Notes under the pieces: generated by a model
Seen by the model: only the letters and a program-made list of their open reading frames with translations
Databases searched by the model: none
What the model was told of the DNA's origin: nothing
DNA from: a virus
IMG/VR virus record: IMGVR_UViG_3300015203_000006
Span: 1 to 44,299 of that record
Length of the DNA: 44,299 nt
Reading direction: 5' to 3' (one strand)
Made by a program: the position numbers and the translations under genes
Shown: positions 7,176 to 14,806 of the stretch, one piece after another
Numbering within the stretch: the stretch's first letter is position 1
Layout of the letters: each line of letters starts with the position of its first letter

Positions 7176-7214
7176 GACGGGTCGCCTATTCCTTCGTTGG
7201 GTGTGGGGTATGGA

Positions 7215-7247
7215 GCCGCCACCTGGCAGGGTGGTCCAGGTGGCGGC
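7215..7247 (-). terminator. Hairpin between the tail-distal genes and the endolysin
   Basis: Perfect 12-bp stem: gccgccacctgg (7215..7226) pairs with ccaggtggcggc (7236..7247), with a 9-nt loop. It starts 3 nt downstream of the 36-aa ORF stop. There is no U-tract, so its role as attenuator or terminator is uncertain. Confidence 0.45.
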
Positions 7248-7250
7248 GGT

Positions 7251-7361
7251 TCAGGCGAGTTGGCGGAGGATGACCGCGAGAGCGAACACCCCACCGGCGA
7301 AAACGCCCAACGCGAAGTAGGCGTGTAGTGCCCGCCGGGACGGGGTGGGAGGCAGGGTCAT
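7251..7361 (-). CDS. Small membrane peptide, 36 aa
   Basis: Not in the ORF track. The ATG at 7361 overlaps the stop of the upstream gene (ATGA). Peptide MTLPPTPSRRALHAYFALGVFAGGVFALAVILRQLA has one TM segment. Confidence 0.45.
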   Translation of the reverse strand: MTLPPTPSRRALHAYFALGVFAGGVFALAVILRQLA

Positions 7362-8119
7362 TTGTGGATGAACAGCGCGGCGAGGCTGATGCCGACAGCG
7401 AGGGCCAGGAGGAACGTCCCGACCATCATGTTGATATCCGTACGTTTCTCAGCGCCCCCCACCCCCCGACCTTGAGAGTTCGCCTGAGCAAGCGCCAACG
7501 TGGCGATGGCATCAACCAACGGTTTCATGTCCGCAGCGCTGTCCCGGGCCACAACCACCTGCTCACGGCCTCCGCGTTTCTCGGCACGCAACTCGGACAG
7601 CTGCAGCTTGATGTCGTTGAACCCCACCGCGAGCCCGGCGATGCCGGTGGTGAACGTCTCACCCTGCTGATCCTGACGCTCCTTGGACGCCTCCTCAGCT
7701 TTCGTGGTCGCCAACTGGGACGCGATGGTCTGCTGGTCCCTGGCCTTCTCCGCGGCGGCCAGGGCTGCCTGCACGGCTTTCTCCGCGGCGATCGTGGCGG
7801 TCGTCAGGGTCTTCTCGCCGTCGGACTTCAGCTCAAGGCGGTGCGTCTCACTGTCAGATTTCAACTCACGGCGGTAGCTCTCACGGATGTCGATCTCCCG
7901 GCGGATAGACGCGACCCGTTCCGCGCTCATCTCTTTGTCGCCGGCAAGGCGGGTCTCGATCAATTCTTGGAGGCTTGCGTGTTCGCGCTGCCGGATCTCA
8001 GCGCGGGTGACTAGTTCGCGATCGCGGGCGGACTCAGATTGTGTGAGGGCTTCCATGGTCCGGTCTGTCGGATCTGGGTCAGGTCTAACTGTTTTCGGTC
8101 CTATGGGGTCGACCATCAC
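7358..8119 (-). CDS. Tail-anchored coiled-coil membrane protein, 253 aa
   Basis: Long Glu/Arg/Ala-rich coiled coil. C-terminal TM is MMVGTFLLALAVGISLAALFIHK. Strong SD (gagaggaggaccgtg ATG). Confidence 0.75.
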   Translation of the reverse strand: MMVDPIGPKTVRPDPDPTDRTMEALTQSESARDRELVTRAEIRQREHASLQELIETRLAGDKEMSAERVASIRREIDIRESYRRELKSDSETHRLELKSDGEKTLTTATIAAEKAVQAALAAAEKARDQQTIASQLATTKAEEASKERQDQQGETFTTGIAGLAVGFNDIKLQLSELRAEKRGGREQVVVARDSAADMKPLVDAIATLALAQANSQGRGVGGAEKRTDINMMVGTFLLALAVGISLAALFIHK

Positions 8120-8200
8120 GGTCCTCCTCTCTGGGCGTCGCGGGGGTAAGACGAGGGCGGGGTTTGCGGGGGTTTCTGCTACGGCAGCGAACGCGTCGGG

Positions 8201-9577
8201 TCAGACCTTGGAGACGGAGATTCCTGAGACTGTGACCGTGCCACCAGAGAGGTTCGTGGAGCGGAAACCCAGTTGTGCGTAAAGCATGTCGATGGCGCTG
8301 GCGTCGGCAGCCGTTGCCGGGAGGGTGAACTTCGTACTGGTGAGTGTCACGTCACCGGAGGCCGCCACGTCCGGCCCAGTCAGGCTCGACTCGAAGGACG
8401 AGGGCTCGGTCCCTGTTTGACCAAACGTGTTGTTGGTCGCGTTGAAACTGCCGCTGGCTGCTGCGCGGAAACTGAACAGCATGTAGGGCGAGAAGTTACG
8501 CATCGCCGCAGACCAGGTGAGCCCCGACCAGCGGAACCGTGCCCGCATCTGCAGCCGGTCGCCGATGTGGATACGTGGGCCGAAGGTCTCCGCGTAGGAC
8601 CACTGGACCCCGCCAGCCGCCACGGTCGCAGTGGCGAGGTTGCCGATCCCGTCAGGGTCACGGGTGTACGTTCCCGCGGTGCCTATCTGCAACGCCCAAC
8701 CGGCACCGTTGGTCAGCATCGACTGGTTACCAATACCGACCAGAGCATCGGTGTCCGCGTAGCGCAGCAGCGGAGCCGGTGATGCGTAGGGGCGCATAGC
8801 GTTGGCCACTTGCACACCGACCCGGTAGGCGCCACCGCTGCCGGGGTGGATGATGTTGTCAAAGGTCATCGGCGTGTTAGCCATCCCGGTTGCTGGGTCT
8901 ACTAGCACCGAGTACGCGTCAGCGACCACCAGCCCCTTGCGGGTCAGCGGCAACGCGGCGATCCACTGGGAGACCTGGGCGGCGATCTGCTTGCGGCTGG
9001 TCGTGGAGTAGGAGTTCGACGGCCAGGTGGTCACGATGCAGCACTTGCGACCTGCGGCGTCGATGGCGTTCAGGATCGTGGTCAGGTCCGTGGTGATCGC
9101 GGCGAAGGTCCGGTCAGCGGCCACGTCATTGCCGGACTCCTCGACCACAACCCATTCGCTCGGGTAGTTGGTCAACTCGGTGCTGATGCGAGCAGCGAGA
9201 GCGCTGGTCTGCTCGCCACCCACACCACGCACTGCTACGACGGAGTAGCGCTCTCCCATGAGCCAGTTCGCCCAGTTGAAGAAGCCCCGCGCCGAGTAGG
9301 CATCTGCGACGTCAAGGAGGTTGGACATTCCGCACTGCGCGGTGATCGAGTCACCCACCAGCAGAACCGTTGGGCGCATCCCAGCCCGCGTCAGATAGGT
9401 CGCATTAGCTGACGCCGTGTCGATCAGGTAAGGCAACACGTTCCACGCGGTCACACCGTCGCCGCGTTTCGTCTTCCCGGTGTCGGTCTCGAATCCGAGC
9501 TCACCCACAGCCAGGACCGGGTTAGACGCGGCCGCGGCGGCGGCGGTGTTGCGGCGCGGCTGAATGGTGATGCTCAC
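8201..9577 (-). CDS. Tail fibre/minor tail protein with an SGNH (GDSL) hydrolase domain, 458 aa
   Basis: N-terminal fibre motif LAVGELGFETDTGKTKRGDGVTAWNVLPY. SGNH blocks: LLVGDSIT (I), VRGVGGEQT (II), ESGNDV (III), DNIIHPG (V). The GTG at 9577 overlaps the upstream stop. Confidence 0.8.
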   Translation of the reverse strand: MSITIQPRRNTAAAAAASNPVLAVGELGFETDTGKTKRGDGVTAWNVLPYLIDTASANATYLTRAGMRPTVLLVGDSITAQCGMSNLLDVADAYSARGFFNWANWLMGERYSVVAVRGVGGEQTSALAARISTELTNYPSEWVVVEESGNDVAADRTFAAITTDLTTILNAIDAAGRKCCIVTTWPSNSYSTTSRKQIAAQVSQWIAALPLTRKGLVVADAYSVLVDPATGMANTPMTFDNIIHPGSGGAYRVGVQVANAMRPYASPAPLLRYADTDALVGIGNQSMLTNGAGWALQIGTAGTYTRDPDGIGNLATATVAAGGVQWSYAETFGPRIHIGDRLQMRARFRWSGLTWSAAMRNFSPYMLFSFRAAASGSFNATNNTFGQTGTEPSSFESSLTGPDVAASGDVTLTSTKFTLPATAADASAIDMLYAQLGFRSTNLSGGTVTVSGISVSKV

Positions 9578-9915
9578 AACAAGCCTCCATCAATCGTGGT
9601 GGTAGCAGGAACCCATGGCGGGCCCGGGACGTCGAGCTGCTCGGTGACCCGGATCGGGGCGTTGGTGAACGTCTGCACTCGCCCGGCTGAGAACGTCACT
9701 TCCAGCTCAGACTCGTAGACGCCCACGTCTGCGAGCTCGCCCACCAGCCAGGGCAGGGACCATGCCCCCGTCGCCGCATTGGTCAGTGCCGGGGCGCGGG
9801 CGATGACCCCACCACCGGGACGCCGGACATGCACGACATAGGTGGTGGCGGTGGCCAGGTTGACCCCTGCCAAGCCCGTCAGTGGGGGCTCAGTGTCACC
9901 CGCATGCCAGGTCAT
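9574..9915 (-). CDS. Minor tail protein, 113 aa (BppU-N/Ig-like small tail component)
   Basis: Starts MTWHAGDTEPPLTGLAGVNLATATTYVVHVRRPGGG. Ends ...TIDGGLL. ATGA overlap with the upstream gene. Confidence 0.65.
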   Translation of the reverse strand: MTWHAGDTEPPLTGLAGVNLATATTYVVHVRRPGGGVIARAPALTNAATGAWSLPWLVGELADVGVYESELEVTFSAGRVQTFTNAPIRVTEQLDVPGPPWVPATTTIDGGLL

Positions 9916-11537
9916 AAGAGACCTCCGTCGATCGAGGATGTCGTCCCCAGCGTGAAGTAGAACTGCAGATCCTCATGGCTCCACAGGTACAAGTCGGCCC
10001 ACGTTGTGCCGTCCGTGGTGGACTGGCCAGTGCCGTCAGGGAACACCCAACTAAGCAGACCCTTGTCTGTGCCGGTGCGGATCGGGAACGTGGTGTACGT
10101 CGTGTCGGACGCGCAAGACAGTCGCAGGCTGTACGAATACCCGTTGGCCAACACGCGGGGGACCGAGAACGTGGCTGTGGCCCAAACGGCTCCTCCGCCC
10201 CCGGAATAGTCCGGCGCCGATACCGCGATGCTGGCGGCGGGGATGGTGACCGCCTCAATGAGCGCGCCAGCAGCAGTCTCCAGGGTCAAGATGAGTGGGC
10301 TGGTGCCACTGGTGCGCCTCGCCCGCACCGAGATACTGAGGACGGTGCGGTCGCCACCACTGACAGTGAACAACTCACGGGCCATCGCGAGCGTGCCGCT
10401 GATGGTGGCGTAGTTACCCGCGTTGACCATCGCCTCGAAGTAGGCCTGCCCGTCATGTACCCCGTTGGTGTAGGCGAGGTCGATGACAGGCAGATACCTC
10501 TGGTCTAGGGCGCCCCACGCACCCGTCGTGTAGGAAACCGAGTACTCAGAGTCCAACACCAGGGCCTGGCGTGGGGTAGTCGGGGACGCCGAGTAGACGC
10601 TGTTGACGCTGATGTAGTTACCAACGTCGGGGTTGGTGAAAACGATGTAGTAGATGATGTTTGCCATCAGGGTCGGCGGGCTGGCGAATGTGACCGGTGA
10701 GTAGTTCTCCCAGTTCCCAGCGGGGTTGCCCGGGGTGATCGTCCCGGTAGCCAGGATGGTCCCGCTCGGGTGGCCCGCGCCATCACCAGTCTGCACAGTG
10801 ACGGTCGTCGTGCCACCCGTGCCGAGGCTGTACCCAGTTCCTCCACGCTGAACAAATTTCACTGAGTTCAGGGCTGAGTTGGTCGAGCACTTGAACTGGA
10901 CAGCCACCTTCTGCCCGTTGGGTCCGACCTGGAGATTGGCCTTGCTGTCAAACCCAACCCCGGGGCCGTAGATCCCAGGGTTAATCATCCCAGGGTTAAT
11001 CGTTGCGACAGGAGAGCCTGAGACAAGTGCGAGGAACTTTGAGTTATCGAACCCCCCGGCAGAGGTGTGCGCTGTCGTACACCTGTAGGCCGTGCCCCCG
11101 CTCACCGCGAGCTCCCCCACGACGTAGGAGCGGCCGGTGACCCAGTCCATGACCCGCGAGGCCGAAGAGATCTTCGCGGGGTTGATCAGCAGCGACCCGG
11201 GGACCCCGGTCGTGATCTCGTTGACCCCGGCCTGCGCCGTCGCAGCAGCAGCCAGAGCAGGGGCCGCGTCCGACGTCGCGGTGAGGCGCTCGTCGGAGTA
11301 CAGGAGTTGCGGGCCGGCGCCGAAGTCCGCGCGGACCGTGTCCACCGTCGCAGTGAACGTCACCCGCCCCAACGAGTCCGCAGTGATGTAACCCACGCTC
11401 ACGCCGCCCTGGGTCAGCGTCGGAACCAGCCCGGTCAGAGGGTCCACCAGGGTCTTGGATCGAACCTTCGCGGCGACCCGGACAGCGCCCGAGAGGTTGT
11501 TCCACACGATGAGCTGGGTGAAGTGGTAAACGGCCAC
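9912..11537 (-). CDS. Minor tail/receptor-binding protein, 541 aa, with a CBM5/12-like motif
   Basis: ORF track gives 9912..11666. The GTG at 11537 follows a ggagg SD, just after the stop of the 72-aa gene. Motif WVTGRSYVVGELAVSGGTAYRCTTAHTS resembles a carbohydrate-binding module 5/12. Ends ...SSIDGGLL. Confidence 0.7.
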   Translation of the reverse strand: MAVYHFTQLIVWNNLSGAVRVAAKVRSKTLVDPLTGLVPTLTQGGVSVGYITADSLGRVTFTATVDTVRADFGAGPQLLYSDERLTATSDAAPALAAAATAQAGVNEITTGVPGSLLINPAKISSASRVMDWVTGRSYVVGELAVSGGTAYRCTTAHTSAGGFDNSKFLALVSGSPVATINPGMINPGIYGPGVGFDSKANLQVGPNGQKVAVQFKCSTNSALNSVKFVQRGGTGYSLGTGGTTTVTVQTGDGAGHPSGTILATGTITPGNPAGNWENYSPVTFASPPTLMANIIYYIVFTNPDVGNYISVNSVYSASPTTPRQALVLDSEYSVSYTTGAWGALDQRYLPVIDLAYTNGVHDGQAYFEAMVNAGNYATISGTLAMARELFTVSGGDRTVLSISVRARRTSGTSPLILTLETAAGALIEAVTIPAASIAVSAPDYSGGGGAVWATATFSVPRVLANGYSYSLRLSCASDTTYTTFPIRTGTDKGLLSWVFPDGTGQSTTDGTTWADLYLWSHEDLQFYFTLGTTSSIDGGLL

Positions 11538-11553
11538 GCGTGGTGCCTCCGGT

Positions 11554-11772
11554 CTAGGTGATCGTTGAGTACACGGCGAGGAACCCGATGCTGTTGCCGT
11601 CCGCGTCGAACACCTCAATGGATCCCACGACCGGCCCGGGGGTTGTGGCAGGGACCACTGCGGCACCGGTCACCACACCCGGCGGCGACGTGTCCGCCTG
11701 GCGTTGCGCCGCGCGGGCCTGCTCACGCAGATACCTTTGCAACGACGGACCCGTACTGGGTTGTTTGGCCAT
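11554..11772 (-). CDS. Small tail-module protein, 72 aa
   Basis: ORF-track ORF. The ATG at 11772 shares one nt with the upstream TGA. No family recognised. Confidence 0.6.
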   Translation of the reverse strand: MAKQPSTGPSLQRYLREQARAAQRQADTSPPGVVTGAAVVPATTPGPVVGSIEVFDADGNSIGFLAVYSTIT

Positions 11773-12935
11773 CAGCTATCCCTCACATCTGCGGTGACGT
11801 ACGTGACCTCCGTCGGACCCACGTCGGGGACCTTCACCGCGATATCCAGGACCCGGGTGCTGAAGATCAACGGCCGTTCAGTGGCATAGCAATCCGTGTC
11901 CAGTTCAACTCGCACGGTGCTTCCGCGGGCGATGGCGGTCCAGTCCGGGTCCGTCCCGAACGTCGCGAAGGCGTAGCTCGTCGTCATCCCCGCAGCGGCG
12001 GCAAGATCAGCGTTCGCGTGGCGCTGCAACGTCGCAGGGATACGCACGTCGGTGTACTGGCCGGTCCGGGTCCGGTTCGGGTAACCCGCCCTCAGGAGCG
12101 AGGCCGACTGGGCCACAGCCCGCAACTGCTGGGTCTGGTCCCCAGCACCGACCGCGATGGCCGTGGTGACCCCCGCGGCCTGCTGCCGGGCCGGGTGCGC
12201 GATGACGTTCCCGCCCCGGCGCTGCCCACCAACGATGGGCCGGGAATCCCCAGGGAACAGAGTGCTCAACGGGGTGACCAGAGGCGGCAGGTCCGGCGGA
12301 ACATAGTCCTGCGTGGACTCCACATGCTCCAACACCGCGACCGGGGTTTTGGACCCGAGATGGTCACCCTGAACCAGGACCCGGGTCGGGTTCTCCAACG
12401 TCCCCGCAGTATTGAAATACCACTCAGGGCCGCCCTCATGCTCACCGGCCCTACGGAACTCCTCCTCAACCGTGGTCGTGTCCCACCTGTTGATCGTCAG
12501 ATCCGAGGTGGCCGCGCCGGTCGTCGAGCCGAGGATCACCCCGATGTTCTGCCCGTTGACGGACTGCGCGTCGGAGATGAGGCGGCGTTGCAGGACGTGG
12601 TCATTCATCCCCTTCACAGTCAACGGCACAGAAGGGCACGTCTCGAAGAACGCGCCCCACTCCACCGCCGAGAAGTCGAACGTCCGCGGCCCGGACTGCC
12701 GCTCGGGGAGCATCATCCCCGACCACACCGGGACCCCATCCGAACAGACCAGGATCCCCGACATCGCAACCGACAACGCCGCCCGCCACCAGCACCGGCC
12801 CGGGCCGGCAGTCGCCGAGAACGAGCACTGCCCATGACCCGACAGCGGAAGGTTGAACGCGAGCCCCCGAGCGGAGGTGACTTCCTCCACGACGTGGGGG
12901 CTGTCCCAACGGGTGGCGTAGACCTCGAACCCCAC
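11772..12935 (-). CDS. Minor tail protein, 387 aa
   Basis: ORF-track ORF in the tail module. The GTG at 12935 overlaps the upstream TAG. No catalytic motif recognised. Confidence 0.7.
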   Translation of the reverse strand: MGFEVYATRWDSPHVVEEVTSARGLAFNLPLSGHGQCSFSATAGPGRCWWRAALSVAMSGILVCSDGVPVWSGMMLPERQSGPRTFDFSAVEWGAFFETCPSVPLTVKGMNDHVLQRRLISDAQSVNGQNIGVILGSTTGAATSDLTINRWDTTTVEEEFRRAGEHEGGPEWYFNTAGTLENPTRVLVQGDHLGSKTPVAVLEHVESTQDYVPPDLPPLVTPLSTLFPGDSRPIVGGQRRGGNVIAHPARQQAAGVTTAIAVGAGDQTQQLRAVAQSASLLRAGYPNRTRTGQYTDVRIPATLQRHANADLAAAAGMTTSYAFATFGTDPDWTAIARGSTVRVELDTDCYATERPLIFSTRVLDIAVKVPDVGPTEVTYVTADVRDS

Positions 12936-13915
12936 TAGGCGATCTGCCAGACGTCGATCTCACCAGCAGTGATGGACAACGCAACGCCGGAATCTTGGTA
13001 GTTACTGATACTGATCACGTCGCCGGCGTTGCAGGACACCAACCCGGCGGGGGTGTTGGTGCGGATCGCGGTGGCCACAGACGCTGGGATCGTGGACCCG
13101 AGGTAGGTGTCGGTGACCGCGTTGACGGTCACGCTCGTCCCGCGCCTTCCGGTGGCGTTCCCGGACCAGGACACCATCCCGCTGACCGCGTACAAGCCGG
13201 TGACAGGGACGGTGACACCGTTCGAGCCGCCCGCCATCCCACCTGTCGCGAAAGGTGTGGTGAGCCAGTTGGTCAGGTTCGTCCAGGCCCCGCTCGGGAT
13301 GGCCAGGGTTTGCAGCTGCACCTTCGCGGCAGGGGCAGCGGTTATCCCGCGCCACGAGGTCCCGTTGTAGATCTCCGTCCTGTGGGTGTCGAGGCGGTAC
13401 ACCTGCAAACCGTCGACCGGCGTCCGAGCGTCCCGCCCAGCCTGGTTCGCGACCGGTACCGGTGCCCCCCGCAGAGCGGTCGGGACCTGCAGCTGGTCGA
13501 TCTTCGCCGTGGGGATGTTTGGCGCTGACGCGGCGTGCCGCAACCGGGCCAACGCCAGGGACGTGTTCGGGACGGTCGGATCAGTGGGTGTCGCGTTCGG
13601 GGTTCCTACGATCACGGTGATCGCGGTCACGAGGCTGTCGAAGACGACGATGTCGTTGCGGGCCAGCCCACCGACCGGGTTCGCCGTGAAAATGTTCAGG
13701 GTCTTGGTGGTGTCGTTGACGAGCAGCGACGCACCGGCAGTCATCGTCGGTTGCAAGACGCAACTCCCAGCCGCGATCAGGACGTTCCCGTCAGCAGTGA
13801 GGTTCTGGGACACGACCAGCCCGCCGAGGACCCCGGGCGCAGCGAGGAGCCCATTCTGGGCGAAGAGCCGCGACAGGGACTCTTGGTCCTGCGCCTCGGA
13901 GTTGCCAGCATGCAA
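12935..13915 (-). CDS. Minor tail protein, 326 aa
   Basis: ORF-track ORF in the tail module. Rich in Thr/Ala/Gly and beta-rich in composition. Confidence 0.7.
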   Translation of the reverse strand: MHAGNSEAQDQESLSRLFAQNGLLAAPGVLGGLVVSQNLTADGNVLIAAGSCVLQPTMTAGASLLVNDTTKTLNIFTANPVGGLARNDIVVFDSLVTAITVIVGTPNATPTDPTVPNTSLALARLRHAASAPNIPTAKIDQLQVPTALRGAPVPVANQAGRDARTPVDGLQVYRLDTHRTEIYNGTSWRGITAAPAAKVQLQTLAIPSGAWTNLTNWLTTPFATGGMAGGSNGVTVPVTGLYAVSGMVSWSGNATGRRGTSVTVNAVTDTYLGSTIPASVATAIRTNTPAGLVSCNAGDVISISNYQDSGVALSITAGEIDVWQIA

Positions 13916-13957
13916 AAACTCGAATTCAGAGATGGTGTGCCTCCTGGTCGTTGATGG

Positions 13958-14806
13958 TCAGCTCCAGGCCCCGGAGTAGCCCCACACGGATAGCAGCGCC
14001 GCAGGATCAGATGTGTCCGCGGTCCAGACAACAGACCCGCCACCGGGTGGCACCGACAACCAGTCACCACCCCAAGACACCGCGTTCCGCACCGACACCT
14101 GCCCCTGCAACAGGACACTCCGGGCGGCCATGTCCAGGTCGAGCCACTGCCCGGCGACCAGCGACCCGTTGTACCGCACCCACGCACCCGTCTCCACCAC
14201 CGTTACGACAGGGTTCAGAACCGGGCCGTCGATCCGCAACCTCGGCCAGTACGACGCGGTCCCGGTGTTCGCGACCGACACCGCGCCCGGGGTCGTACCC
14301 GGGGCGATGCCGTAACTCAACGGGTACGCGAGCGGGTACACCCTGCCCGCGCCCGGCGTCGCAGTCGACAGGGTCGCAGTGCCGAACGTCGGCGCCCCGT
14401 ACTTCAACGGGTCAGGGGCGACGACCTGCAACGTCCACTCGAACGCCGTCTCACCGAACCAGGTAACCTTCGCGCCGATCGTGACGCGGGTCCACGCCGA
14501 CAACGTCCCGATCGAGGTGCTGTCAACGACGAGCTCCTGGAGCTGGTTCGGGCGGAGCGCGGCGAGCTGCTGACGGGTCTGGTGTGCGACCGCTGGTGTT
14601 GCTTCCTCGACGAACCCGGCAAGGTCGATGACCCGCTCAGCGTTCAGCCCCGTGCCGTCCCAGGAACCGTCCTGCTGTGATTTCGGGATCGACCCGGGGC
14701 GGATACCGGCGGCGTTGTCCCACCCGGTCATGTCTGTGACAGCCCGGTGGGATATGCCGTCTTCGATGTCGAGGAGTAGCCCGCCCAGGGTGCAGGTGTT
14801 CGTCAT
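13958..14806 (-). CDS. Distal tail protein (Dit-like), 282 aa
   Basis: Lies immediately downstream of the tape measure gene (ATGA overlap). Its N-terminus TLGGLLLDIEDGISHRAVTDMTGWDNAAGIRP...ERVIDLAGFV is typical of siphovirus distal tail proteins. Confidence 0.7.
   Translation of the reverse strand: MTNTCTLGGLLLDIEDGISHRAVTDMTGWDNAAGIRPGSIPKSQQDGSWDGTGLNAERVIDLAGFVEEATPAVAHQTRQQLAALRPNQLQELVVDSTSIGTLSAWTRVTIGAKVTWFGETAFEWTLQVVAPDPLKYGAPTFGTATLSTATPGAGRVYPLAYPLSYGIAPGTTPGAVSVANTGTASYWPRLRIDGPVLNPVVTVVETGAWVRYNGSLVAGQWLDLDMAARSVLLQGQVSVRNAVSWGGDWLSVPPGGGSVVWTADTSDPAALLSVWGYSGAWS

Noticed and set aside
8201-11537. A diversity-generating retroelement might target the tail fibre genes.
   Set aside because: I saw no reverse transcriptase ORF. 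I also found no template/variable repeat pair with adenine-specific differences anywhere in the window.
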